From: an uncultured delta proteobacterium
Lineage (GTDB): Bacteria; Desulfobacterota; Binatia; UBA9968
Direction of reading: 5' to 3'
NCBI GenBank assembly: GCA_963847445.1
Contig: CAWJZV010000034.1
Span: forward strand, 256,001 to 320,000
Length of the DNA: 64,000 nucleotides
Shown: one piece after another, positions 51,369 to 61,272 of the stretch
Layout of the letters: each line of letters opens with the position of its first letter
How positions within the stretch are numbered: the stretch's first letter is position 1
Translations under genes and position numbers: made by a program
The notes under the pieces: model-generated
What the model was told of the DNA's origin: nothing
Database searches by the model: none
The model's input: the letters and a program-made list of their open reading frames with translations, nothing else

Positions 51369-52046
51369 TTAGAGGCTCATAATGGTTTTAAAAGGGATCG
51401 ATAGTCCGTCCTCAGTTACGCGCGTCACATGCCGGGACGCGGCAATTATCTTGAGCGCATCGACGGATGCTGCCAGCACAATGGCTGGAATCGAAGAGTA
51501 GCTTCGGATAACTCGAAGGTTTACCTGGGCTAGCTCGTCAAGGAGCGCTTTTTGTGCCATGCGAATAGCATTTTCCCGAGACGATTCGGAATCTTCTCTG
51601 TGCGGCGCTAAGCGTAATTCGACAATCACGCGGACCGAGCCCAGGGCCTTCGCCTTCTGATAAATTTCCGGAGCAATGAGGGCTGGCTCGTCAGCAACAG
51701 GTTTTGGGTTCTGCGGCTCGAAGTCTCTGCCGGCAAATGAGATTCCAATGCTAACGCGATCTTGAGGTACATGCTCCAAGAGGATGTTATTCGCTGTTTC
51801 TTGTCGGGGATCAACCTTAGCAGGTTTGCCTGAGGCGGTTAAGGTTGGGATCGCGGCGCCTTCTCCATCCCGATCAATTTCAGGATTCAATCGAGGATCG
51901 AACCCCAACGGCAGGGAGATGCCAAAGGACAGTAATAAACTCGCACTGAGCCGCCGTGCAGATTGACCAGACTTGCTTGGGGAAGAGTTTGTTGAATGTG
52001 CGCGCAAATTGTCCCAGGTCACGACATTAAGTGACTGATTTACCAA
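51369..52046 (-). CDS. Protein with stand-alone subtilase propeptide (I9-like) domain
   Basis: The C-terminal ~95 aa align by eye with the propeptide of the downstream protease. Confidence 0.65.
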   Translation of the reverse strand: MVNQSLNVVTWDNLRAHSTNSSPSKSGQSARRLSASLLLSFGISLPLGFDPRLNPEIDRDGEGAAIPTLTASGKPAKVDPRQETANNILLEHVPQDRVSIGISFAGRDFEPQNPKPVADEPALIAPEIYQKAKALGSVRVIVELRLAPHREDSESSRENAIRMAQKALLDELAQVNLRVIRSYSSIPAIVLAASVDALKIIAASRHVTRVTEDGLSIPFKTIMSL

Positions 52047-52197
52047 AGTGATTATGTTTCTTAGTGGGTTTCCCGGCGAAGCCCATTGTCGCTCCAGTTA
52101 CGCCGATCCGGTTGAGCAGTCAACAGGCGGGCAAGCACCAAGCCTGGGCGTCTTTGCCAAGCCGCGCTTGAAGGGCAAGACTTCCGGGTGATTTGCC

Positions 52198-52990
52198 TCA
52201 GTGGTCTTGGCGCATCTCAGCGCGTAACTCATCCTCCCAAATGCGGCTGCCATCCGACAACCATTGTAAGCCCGGGTCGCGGATTTCACCGGCGCGTGTG
52301 AACTTGGGCAGCTCTTCGAGCGCGCGGGCGAGCACCGCTTGGTTGCGGACGCGGTCATGGGGCGGGCCGAAGGTACGGCCCACCGGATGATCGACGAATA
52401 GCGCGCGCGGCGGCGTGACTTTACTCATGATGTCGTGGGCCGTGCCGATCATCAGTGTCGGAATACCCTGGCCTTCGATGACATGGGCGATGAGACCGAC
52501 GGTCTCATGGCAGAAGGGTCAATAGGGCACGAGCAGAGCGAGATCGACCTGGGCCTGCTTCAAGTCGTTGGCGATGGCCGTCGCCAGCTCGTTTTCAATC
52601 TTGCCATGATCGCGCAAACCGCCCATGAAGGAAAAGTGAAACGGTGCCAAGCTGCCGACGACCCCGCGCTTGTGCAAGATTCGCCAATGCCGTGCGCGGA
52701 AAAACAATCTCCGGGTCCTGCTTCGGCACTCGGCCGATGCCGGAATGATGATCGATGATAAGCTCTCCCGCGCTCGGATCGGACGGCACGCGCCGATAAT
52801 TGAAATCTTCACGCGGTATGAACGGCTCCTGATGCGCCAACCGCAACGCCGCGCTGCTCAATAGCGCGACGCGCGATTCACTCAACGGTTTCTTGATCGG
52901 ACACCAGGCTGGTTTTGTCGGCGACACCAGCACGCGCGGCGGTTTGGGCGCGGAGTTTTGCGCCATGACGGGGAGATATTGGAAGGGCAT
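52198..52990 (-). CDS. PrdB/GrdB-family reductase selenoprotein (in-frame UGA at 52519-52521, frameshift near 52680)
   Basis: KPLSESRVALLSSA, DPEIVFP, HFSFMG, then VDLALLVPY-UGA-PFCHETVGLIA..IEGQGIPT and PPRALFVDHPVG. Confidence 0.85.
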
Positions 52991-53516
52991 TAATAAGATC
53001 CTCCGTGCGATAGTTCTACTTCAGGAACTAACAGGGTTCAACGCAAGCATCGGGTAAATTCGTTTAATTCTTTTCTTCTAATCTTGGGATTGCCAAGTCG
53101 TTGAGCGTCGTGGTATCGGGCTTACTCTAGAGTGCTTGCCCAACAAGTATCTCAGACTAATGCGCGGAATCGAGGACGCCGGTGACTCACTGGACAAGTT
53201 CGGCAAGAACTGCGACGACTGAAAAGTTAGAGAGGAAGAATAGACTTCAGACTTTCCCTTAAGTAGATTCGTTTCAGTTTGTTGTGATATCGATAGCAAA
53301 GTTTCTAGTCTGCCCCGATCCTGCTCGCCGATTTGTTTCGTGCCACGTAGTATTGGCGATCTCTCTTTGGCCGCACGGAATGTTAGTGGCCGACACGGAT
53401 CTTGCTGTCCATTCGCCAAGAGAGATCACGCCGCTTTGTTTTGGTCCATCAGAGGCGATCGTTGAAACTCGCCGGCGTGTGAAATCCCTCCTGCGTTGTG
53501 GTAAGCAATTGCCCTC

Positions 53517-54209
53517 ATGATCGATGTCGGGGCGAACTATCGGATGATTGTTGAGCGGATTGCTGTTGCGGCGGCGAAGGTGGGGCGGGATGCGCGCGAG
53601 GTTCGGCTGCTGGCGGCTTCGAAGTCGCAGCCGGTGGATTCGATCCGCGCGGCGCTGGCGGCGGGGGTGGCGCTGGTCGGTGAGAACTACGTCCAGGAGG
53701 CGGAGGAGAAGAAGAATCTATTGGCAGAAGCCAAGGTCGAGTGGCATATGATCGGCCATTTGCAACGCAACAAGGCCAAGCTGGCGGTGGAGTTGTTCGA
53801 CGTCGTCGAGTCGCTGGATAATTTGGCGCTGGCGCGGGAATTGGATAAAGAGGCGGCGAAGCGAAGCAAGATTGTGCGCGCGCTTATCGAAGTGAATTTG
53901 GCGGGTGAGGAGAGTAAGGCTGGGGTTGCCAAAGCTGAAGTCGCTGGCTTGTTAGAAAAGGTTGCCGGTTTGGCCCACGTGAGCGTCCAAGGGCTGATGA
54001 CCGTGCCGCCGTTTCGCGAAAATCTTGAGGAGGTGCGGCCGTACTTTCGCGAGTTGCGCGAGTTACGCGACTCGCTCAATTCACTGAATTTGCCCAACGT
54101 GCGTCTTAACGAGTTGTCCATGGGCATGACCCACGACTTTACCGTGGCGATCGAAGAGGGCGCGAGCATCGTGCGCGTCGGTACGGCGCTTTTCGGGCCG
54201 CGGGGATGA
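53517..54209 (+). CDS. yggS: PLP homeostasis protein
   Basis: LAASK, GENYVQE, WHMIGHLQRNK, GLMT, LSMGMTHD, VRVGTALFG. Confidence 0.96.
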   Translation: MIDVGANYRMIVERIAVAAAKVGRDAREVRLLAASKSQPVDSIRAALAAGVALVGENYVQEAEEKKNLLAEAKVEWHMIGHLQRNKAKLAVELFDVVESLDNLALARELDKEAAKRSKIVRALIEVNLAGEESKAGVAKAEVAGLLEKVAGLAHVSVQGLMTVPPFRENLEEVRPYFRELRELRDSLNSLNLPNVRLNELSMGMTHDFTVAIEEGASIVRVGTALFGPRG

Positions 54210-54215
54210 TGACCC

Positions 54216-54515
54216 ATGTTTCTGATCGCTAATTTGCTGGTTGCGGTGGCGCAGATTCTCGACTACGTCCTGTGGGCGTATGCTTGGATTTTATTGGCTC
54301 GTGTGGTGATTTCTTACATTAATGCTGATCCGAATAATCCATTGATCCGTTTCCTCCACAGTGCCACCGAGCCGGTGTTGACGCGGCTGCGGGCGAAATT
54401 GCCGTTGTCCTCCGGCGGCTTCGATTTTTCGCCGATTGCGGTTTGGCTGGCGGTGATGTTTTTGCAGCGTTTCTTGGTTCGCTCCTTGTACGACTTGGCG
54501 CAAGCGATCAATTAA
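54216..54515 (+). CDS. yggT: YggT family membrane protein
   Basis: DPNNPLIRFL..ATEP and GFDFSP; follows yggS. Confidence 0.92.
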   Translation: MFLIANLLVAVAQILDYVLWAYAWILLARVVISYINADPNNPLIRFLHSATEPVLTRLRAKLPLSSGGFDFSPIAVWLAVMFLQRFLVRSLYDLAQAIN

Positions 54516-54533
54516 AACTGGGAGGATGTTCAG

Positions 54534-55488
54534 ATGAAGTCTCTCTTTGCCGCCGATATTCGCGACAATCAAGCGGTCGATGCCATGTTTTTGGTCGCGG
54601 CGAAAACTCATGGCGTGACTAAGACCGGCAACAGTTATCTAACGTTGAAGCTGATCGACCGGACCGGCGACATCGAAGCGCGGGTGTGGGAGCGCGCCGA
54701 CGATATCGGCCGCGGCTTCGACAAAAATGATTTTGTCCGCGTGCGCGGCCAGGCGACGCTTTATCAAGGCAAGATGCAATTGCGCGTGCAAGACGTCATG
54801 CGCGTCGACGAGTCGAAGATCGCGCCAGAGGATTTTTTGCCCAAGAGCGCTTTCGATCCGCAGGTCTATGCTTGAGGAACTGCAAACAATTCTTCGTGCC
54901 ATGAAAAATCCCCATCTGCTCGCCCTGGCGGAAGCCTGCTTCGCCGACGAGGAGCTGATGCGCTTGTTGCGCCAGGCGCCGGGGGCCAAGACGATTCATC
55001 ATCCTTATTTGAGCGGTTTGTTGGAGCATACGCTTTCCTTGATGAAGCTGATTCAAAAAGTCGTCGAGAATTACCAAGGCGTCGATGTCGACCTGTTGCT
55101 GATGGGCGGCTTTCTCCATGACATCGGCAAGGTTTACGAGTTTACTTTCGACCGGGCAGTGGATTACACCGACGCCGGGCAGTTGTTGGGCCATTTGGTC
55201 ATGGAAGTGGAGATGGTGACCAAGAAGATCGAAGCGATTGCGGCATTTCCCACTGAGCTGGCTTTGCTGCTCAAGCATTTACTGGTGAGCCATCATGGCG
55301 CTTATGAGTTCGGCTCGCCCAAGCTGCCGCAGACCGTTGAAGCGGTGATCCTTCATTCCCTCGACGACCTCGACGGCAAGATTCAAGCGATCCAAAACAT
55401 GCCGGAGAAAGAGCCGGGATCGAAGTGGACCGCGTTTCACCGCGCGTACGGGCGGAGTTTTTATCGAATTAAGACTGAAGAGCCATGA
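54534..55488 (+). CDS. OB-fold plus HD domain 3'-5' exoribonuclease (YhaM-like), frameshift near 54865
   Basis: YLTLKL.DRTG.IEARVW, APGAKTIHH..GLLEH, LHDIGK, SHHG.YEFGSP. Confidence 0.9.
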
Positions 55489-55571
55489 AGTTTGCAGAAT
55501 GCGAAATGCACAATGCAAATTGAACGCCGTGAAATCTGAAAATATGAGATTCAAACCGGAGGTTTGCCATC

Positions 55572-56990
55572 ATGAAAAATTTTGTTGCGGGCGCGTGGAT
55601 CGATAAGGCGAAGAAGATCGAAGTAACCAATCCGTTCGATAACTCGGTAATCGACGCCGTGCCGAAGGCCGATGCAGGGGATTTGGAAACGGCGTTGGCC
55701 TTCGCCGAGCGTGGCGCCAAGGTGATGGCGAAGCTGTCGAGCTACGAGCGCTGGAAGATTCTCCGCAAAGCGGCGGACATGATGGCGGCGCGTAACGAAG
55801 AGCTGGGCCAAATCATTTCCCAAGAAGAGGGCAAGATCATCGCCGAAGGGCGCGGCGAGGCGATGCGCGCGGTCGAAACCATGATGGGCTCGGCGGAGGA
55901 GGCCAAGCGGCTGCATGGCGAGACCGTGCCGCTGGATGCCGATCCCACCGGCGGCAAGAAACTCGGCTTCACGCTGCGCGTGCCTTGCGGCGTCGTCGCG
56001 GCGATCGCGCCGTTCAATTTCCCATTAAACCTCGTCTGCCATAAAGTTGGCCCCGCGCTGGCGGCGGGTAACACGGTCATTATCAAACCGGCTTCCGATA
56101 CACCGTTGTCGGCGGTCAAATTGACTGAGATTTTGCTTGAAGCAGGCTTGCCGCCGGAAGGGATTCAATGCCTCACCGGTTCAGGCGGTGAAATTGGTGA
56201 CGCGCTAGTTGCCGATCGAAGAGTCCGTAAGGTGACATTTACCGGCAGCCGCGAGATCGGCGAGCGGATTTGCCGCACGGCGGGCATCAAAAAAGTTACC
56301 ATGGAGTTGGGTTCCAATAGCCCGGTGATCGTCATGCCGGATGCCGACATGGAAAAAGTCGCGACGGTTTTAGCGATGACCGGTTACGGCAACGCCGGCC
56401 AAACTTGCATCTCGACACAGCGGGTATTGGCGGCAAAAAGAGTATACGGTGATCTCTTGAGCGCGTTGAAGCCGAAAGTTGAAGCGTTGACCACCGGCAA
56501 CCAGCTCGACGAGAAAAGTAAAGTCGGCCCGATGGTGAAAGAGAGTGAAGCCATGCGTGTCGATGAATGGATCAAGGAAGCGGTCAGCGGCGGCGCGAAG
56601 TTGGTCGCCGGCGGCGGGCGGCGCGGCGCGATTTATCTCCCGGCGGTAGTCGCAGACGTTCATCCTGACATGCGCGTCTCGCGCGACGAGTTGTTCGGCC
56701 CGGCGGTGGCGGTGACTCCATTCGAGACGATTGAAGAAGCGATCGCCTTGGCGAACGACAGTATTTATGGATTAGCCGCCGGGATTTTTACCGACAACGT
56801 CGAATGGGCGATGAAGTTCGCGCGCGAAGCGGAGGCGGGCAATCTGCACGTCAACTGGGGCTCGCAGTGGCGCGTCGATCTGATGCCCTATGGCGGACTG
56901 AAAGACTCCGGCTTCGGCAAGGAAGGGCCTAAGTACGCGGTCAACGAGATGACGGAACTGAAGATGGTAGTGTTTCATTTGAATAGTTGA
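55572..56990 (+). CDS. Aldehyde dehydrogenase family protein
   Basis: PFNFP, FTGS, MELG, GQTC, ELFGP, PYGG.KDSG. Confidence 0.95.
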   Translation: MKNFVAGAWIDKAKKIEVTNPFDNSVIDAVPKADAGDLETALAFAERGAKVMAKLSSYERWKILRKAADMMAARNEELGQIISQEEGKIIAEGRGEAMRAVETMMGSAEEAKRLHGETVPLDADPTGGKKLGFTLRVPCGVVAAIAPFNFPLNLVCHKVGPALAAGNTVIIKPASDTPLSAVKLTEILLEAGLPPEGIQCLTGSGGEIGDALVADRRVRKVTFTGSREIGERICRTAGIKKVTMELGSNSPVIVMPDADMEKVATVLAMTGYGNAGQTCISTQRVLAAKRVYGDLLSALKPKVEALTTGNQLDEKSKVGPMVKESEAMRVDEWIKEAVSGGAKLVAGGGRRGAIYLPAVVADVHPDMRVSRDELFGPAVAVTPFETIEEAIALANDSIYGLAAGIFTDNVEWAMKFAREAEAGNLHVNWGSQWRVDLMPYGGLKDSGFGKEGPKYAVNEMTELKMVVFHLNS

Positions 56991-57031
56991 ACTAGGCAAC
57001 GGGCATCAGGCAAGAAAGAAGTCACCCTATA

Positions 57032-57766
57032 ATGATAGCAAAATCGCGAACCGACGGACGGAAACAGAATCAATTACGAACGCTGAAGATCACGCCGAGC
57101 TACATCAAGACCGCGGACGGCTCGGTGCTGATCGAGATGGGCGATACCAAGGTCATTTGCACGGCCAAGCTCGAAGAGCGCGTGCCGCCGTTTCTGCGTA
57201 ACAGCGGCAAGGGCTGGATCACTGCCGAGTACGGCATGTTGCCGGGGTCGTCGCAGCAACGCATCGGCCGGGAGTCGTCGCGCGGCAAGGTCGGCGGCCG
57301 CACCCATGAAATTCAACGGCTGATCGGCCGCAGTTTGCGAGCGATCGCCGACTTGAAACTTTTGGGCGAGCGGACCATCTGGATCGACTGCGACGTCATT
57401 CAAGCCGATGGTGGCACACGCACGGCGTCGATCACCGGCGCCTATGTGGCGGTGGCGGAAGCGGTCAAGAGTTGGCTCGACAAAGGCAAGCTGCTGCAAA
57501 CGCCTATAAAGGATGCCGTAGCGGCCGTGAGTATCGGTATCGTCGAAGGACGGATTTTATTAGACCTATGCTACATTGAAGACAGTACCGCCGATGTCGA
57601 CATGAACTTCGTCATGACCGGCTCGGGCAAGTTCATCGAAGTCCAAGGCACCGCCGAGAGCGCACCGTTCACGCGCAAGCAGATGGAGCGCATGGCGGAA
57701 ATCGCCCAGGACGGCATCAAAGAGCTGCTCAAAGCGCAAAAGCAAGCGATCTCTGGCCTGGCTTAA
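57032..57766 (+). CDS. rph: Ribonuclease PH
   Basis: [47 protein letters not shown]. Confidence 0.97.
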   Translation: MIAKSRTDGRKQNQLRTLKITPSYIKTADGSVLIEMGDTKVICTAKLEERVPPFLRNSGKGWITAEYGMLPGSSQQRIGRESSRGKVGGRTHEIQRLIGRSLRAIADLKLLGERTIWIDCDVIQADGGTRTASITGAYVAVAEAVKSWLDKGKLLQTPIKDAVAAVSIGIVEGRILLDLCYIEDSTADVDMNFVMTGSGKFIEVQGTAESAPFTRKQMERMAEIAQDGIKELLKAQKQAISGLA

Positions 57767-57807
57767 GAGAAATATTTTACCGCAAAGTTCGCAAGGAAAT
57801 TCTATTC

Positions 57808-58428
57808 GTGATCGAACTCCTCGTTGCCACGACCAATCCAGGCAAGTTGGCCGAAGTGCAAGCGTTTTTAAGTTCACGGCCGATTCGGATTCGTTCCTTG
57901 CGGGATTTAAAAGATCCTCCCACGGTGGTGGAAGATGGCGCGACCTTCGAAGCAAACGCGCTTAAAAAGGCGCGCACCTTGGCGGATTTTTCCGGGTTGC
58001 TCACGTTAGCCGATGACTCCGGTCTGGAAGTCGAGGCACTGGGCGGCGCGCCGGGAATCTATTCGGCGCGCTACTGCGGCAGGGAAGGTGACGACGCCGA
58101 AAACAATCGCAAGCTCCTGCGCGAATTGACTGGCGTGGCCGAAGCGAAGCGCACTGGTCGTTTCGTCTGTGCGTTGGCGCTTTGTGCGCCTGAAGGGTTT
58201 GCCATGGCTGACTGGACCGTGCGCGAGTCTTGCGACGGGAAAATCACCTTCGAACTAACAGGCGTAATGGCTTCGGCTACGATCCGTTGTTTTTCTATGC
58301 GCCCTTTGGCAAAACCTTCGGGGAGATCGACCGCGAAACTTAAAGCAACGGTCAGTCACCGCGGTAAGGCGCTGAAAAAGCTTGCTCAAGCATTGCCGCA
58401 ACTGGTTGATTTGGCGGTTGAACCTTGA
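57808..58428 (+). CDS. rdgB: Non-canonical purine NTP pyrophosphatase
   Basis: ATTNPGK, ADDSGL, PGIYSAR, SHRG. The GFGYDP motif is present in an alternative frame (compensating indels ~58262-58341). Confidence 0.93.
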   Translation: MIELLVATTNPGKLAEVQAFLSSRPIRIRSLRDLKDPPTVVEDGATFEANALKKARTLADFSGLLTLADDSGLEVEALGGAPGIYSARYCGREGDDAENNRKLLRELTGVAEAKRTGRFVCALALCAPEGFAMADWTVRESCDGKITFELTGVMASATIRCFSMRPLAKPSGRSTAKLKATVSHRGKALKKLAQALPQLVDLAVEP

Positions 58429-58469
58429 TTTGATCGAAACCCAGTGTAGAATGGCCGCTGGTTGATTGA

Positions 58470-58546
58470 CGGGGCGTAGCGCAGCCTGGTAGCGCACCTG
58501 CCTTGGGCGCAGGGGGTCGGAAGTTCGAATCTTCTCGCCCCGACCA
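58470..58546 (+). tRNA. tRNA-Pro(TGG)
   Basis: Cloverleaf, anticodon arm CCTGC-CTTGGGC-GCAGG, TTCGAAT loop, encoded CCA. Confidence 0.96.
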
Positions 58547-58637
58547 ACGAACAATGGTATGTGCTGAGCTATGAGTACTGAGTACTGTAGGGCAGAAGGG
58601 CATTCCCTTCAGTACTCAGTACTCGCTACTCGATTGG

Positions 58638-58714
58638 GCGCCAGTAGCTCAGCTGGATAGAGCAACGGCCTTCTAAGCCGTAGGTCATGGGTTCGAATCC
58701 CTTCTGGCGCACCA
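58638..58714 (+). tRNA. tRNA-Arg(TCT)
   Basis: Anticodon arm ACGGC-CTTCTAA-GCCGT, CCA end. Confidence 0.96.
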
Positions 58715-58725
58715 GACTGTTTTGC

Positions 58726-58803
58726 GGTGAGTGTAGCTCAAGTGGTTAGAGCACTGGATTGTGGTTCCAGGGGTTGAGGGTTCAAGTCCCTTCACTCACC
58801 CCA
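58726..58803 (+). tRNA. tRNA-His(GTG)
   Basis: Anticodon arm CTGGA-TTGTGGT-TCCAG, G-1 and C discriminator, CCA end. Confidence 0.96.
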
Positions 58804-58888
58804 GTTTCAATTCGGCGAAGATCGAGGATTGAGGATTGATAGCCGCAATCCTTAATGATCTATCTTCCAGATTTAGTTTGATCCGTGC

Positions 58889-58964
<76 letters not shown>

Positions 58965-59132
58965 AATTCTCTTCTCAATCTCACCGCTACTGGGCTTGGC
59001 TGCCCATCTCCCGGTCCGAGCATGGGTTGGACTAAATCGCTGGATGTTATTTATCCGCAGCAGTATGCTATCATGAGTGACGATTCGACACTGGTTTGAT
59101 CTGGCAACAATCCGAGAAACTACCTGGCAGCC

Positions 59133-59651
59133 ATGGAACAAAGCCTGAGTTATACGATGCCGATGGAGGTTCACCTGCCAGCGGCACTGGTGCGCGGTGT
59201 GCTTGAGACCAATCAAGACCGGCTTAGCAGTCATCTCCTAGTTCGCCAGGATGACCAGGTTTTCTCGCTGCGGGATGCGACCGTGGAAGATCTTACCGGC
59301 AAGCCGATTGCTAGCCGCACCAACGATTATGTCGTCTATATGCGGGAGGTTTTTTTGATCGCCGACTTGAGTCCGGCCGGCCAGTCGCAGCGCTCCGGTC
59401 TCGAGGGGCTTTATCGGAAAAAAAATATCAGCAAGGCATTGATCAGCGTCGGGACGTACTTGATCCAGGGCGACGTCTATCTGCTTCCCGGTGGCGCGTT
59501 GTACGATCTGCTGCTCGAAAAGAATCAATTCATACCGTTGACCAACGCGACGATTCTCGGTCGGCCACCCGCCCCACCCCGGACTTATTTGATCAACCGT
59601 CAAAAGATCGGCTTTATGACGGCCATCGGCGATGGTTTGGTGGAGTTCTAA
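59133..59651 (+). CDS. Hypothetical protein with internal duplication
   Basis: Two similar halves (V..RG.L...RLS.L..F.L.DAT and LIQG.V....LYDLL...FIPLTNAT). Confidence 0.7.
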   Translation: MEQSLSYTMPMEVHLPAALVRGVLETNQDRLSSHLLVRQDDQVFSLRDATVEDLTGKPIASRTNDYVVYMREVFLIADLSPAGQSQRSGLEGLYRKKNISKALISVGTYLIQGDVYLLPGGALYDLLLEKNQFIPLTNATILGRPPAPPRTYLINRQKIGFMTAIGDGLVEF

Positions 59652-59654
59652 CCC

Positions 59655-59972
59655 ATGGCCGCCTATCCAACTGAAATAAATCATGTAAAAGCGCGCGGCG
59701 TGGTACGCATCACCTGGGATGACGGCCATATAGGCGAATACAACGAGCCATATCTGCGCGGCTATTGCCCCTGTGCGATGTGCCAGGGCCATGGATCCCA
59801 GCGCCAATTCATTTCGGTGCCCGAGGCGAAGCTTCAAGAAATTCACGGTGTCGGCAACTATGCCATCGAGTTCCGATGGCATGATGGCCACAGCACCGGA
59901 ATCTATACTTTCGAATATCTGCGGACAATTTGCCCCTGCGCGGCCTGCACTCGGGCGCACGGCGACGGTTAG
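59655..59972 (+). CDS. DUF971 / GBBH-like N-terminal zinc-binding domain protein
   Basis: ITWDDGH, LRGYCPCAMC, VGNYA...W.DGHSTGIY. Confidence 0.92.
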   Translation: MAAYPTEINHVKARGVVRITWDDGHIGEYNEPYLRGYCPCAMCQGHGSQRQFISVPEAKLQEIHGVGNYAIEFRWHDGHSTGIYTFEYLRTICPCAACTRAHGDG

Positions 59973-60104
59973 TAGTTCTTGTCGGCGCCCGGGAGTGTGT
60001 TCATGTCCTTGCTTCGATTTGCCAGATGATTTCCGTCCTCTGTTCGATCACGGCGCGGCGCTCGATGTTTTATCACCTTCTGTGACCCTGCTTTTTTTGA
60101 TTTC

Positions 60105-60782
60105 ACCCCAACCTTCCCCACTGGGAGGGTAGTCGATCTAAGCAGCCAACCAAATCAACCTGCACAGCCAGAAGGTCTCCACATAAGGCTTGGAGTCGTC
60201 AGTGTACGTAACGTCGGTTGTCGCTCTGGTCGTCGGGTCGACTGGCAACAAGTGCCCTCGCGACTATCGGGTAGATCTTGCCAGTACCGAACCAAGGCCA
60301 ATTGTTCATCGAGATTGACAGGCCAACCAGCACGCGCCGTACTGGTGCGGCCGACACAGTTCCATCGCCTCAAGACGCACTCGGACTCCATGCCTCTCGG
60401 GCGTCCGCGGACAAACCCTTTTTCCACCGGGAGTAGCGCCAACTGCGTGCGCTGTTGGGTCTTTTCATCGAAGCCTTCGATCACCCGGCCCCAAGCCTGC
60501 TGCCGGCTGTCGTTGATCTTGCTCAGATACAACACCTGGCGCTGCACCACCTTGGCCCCGGCGCAGCGTTTACTCTCGACGATGTTCCAATAGCGATGCT
60601 CTTGCCGTCCGATTGCAGCGGATCTTGGTGTCTGATTGTAGCCAAAAACTCGCCCTTGATTAAGATACTTGGTCTACATTACAGCCGCTTTGAAAGTATC
60701 AGCTCTTGAAATTACGAAGCTTTTTACGCTTCAGAGTTACATAAAAATTTTGTTTCGCTGCGAGTTGGGAAAGGTGGGGTAG
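60105..60782 (-). mobile_element. IS1634-family transposase remnant
   Basis: Minus strand HRYWNIVESKRC..KVVQRQVLYL..INDS..AW..IE.FDE is an IS1634-type N-terminus that decays downstream. Imperfect inverted ends CCCCAACCTTCCCCA / TGGGAAAGGTGGGG. Confidence 0.7.
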
Positions 60783-61048
60783 TCAGGTTGAGACCTGGGT
60801 CGTTGACGCGCAGCAGTCCCAGAGTATCGACCAGGAAGGATTGAGTTTAACCGATATTAGCACTGCAGAACATTATCCAATTGCGTTATCTTAGGATGCT
60901 GAACTGCCAAGTGATCTTGGGCATGGAGTAGTTCGATCCCGATACCCGCCAGTCGCGCTCACTGCGCTTGACTTACCACCGGGTAATTCTTACTCTCCTT
61001 TCCTAGTCTGTGAAACTGGATCGAGAATTTGCAGCGACAGAAATACGT

Positions 61049-61131
61049 GCGAGAGTGGCGGAATTGGCAGACGCACTAGACTTAGGATCTAGCGGGCAAC
61101 CGTGGGGGTTCGAGTCCCCCCTCTCGCACCA
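61049..61131 (+). tRNA. tRNA-Leu(TAG)
   Basis: Anticodon arm CTAGA-CTTAGGA-TCTAG, long variable arm, CCA end; upstream of tig. Confidence 0.96.
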
Positions 61132-61272
61132 AGAAAGGTTTTGCTTCGCTCGATATACACTGAGATAGAAAGGTTAACGGTAAGGCTACCGCCCGACTCT
61201 CATTGCGAGATTCCGTACAGTCGGGGCTCGCCCTGTGTCAATGCGCAAACGCCTCTGTCGTAAGAAAATCAG

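Noticed and set aside
53078-53520. ORFs between the selenoprotein gene and yggS as a leader peptide
   Set aside because: No arrest motif or family signature is visible. The region is left unannotated.
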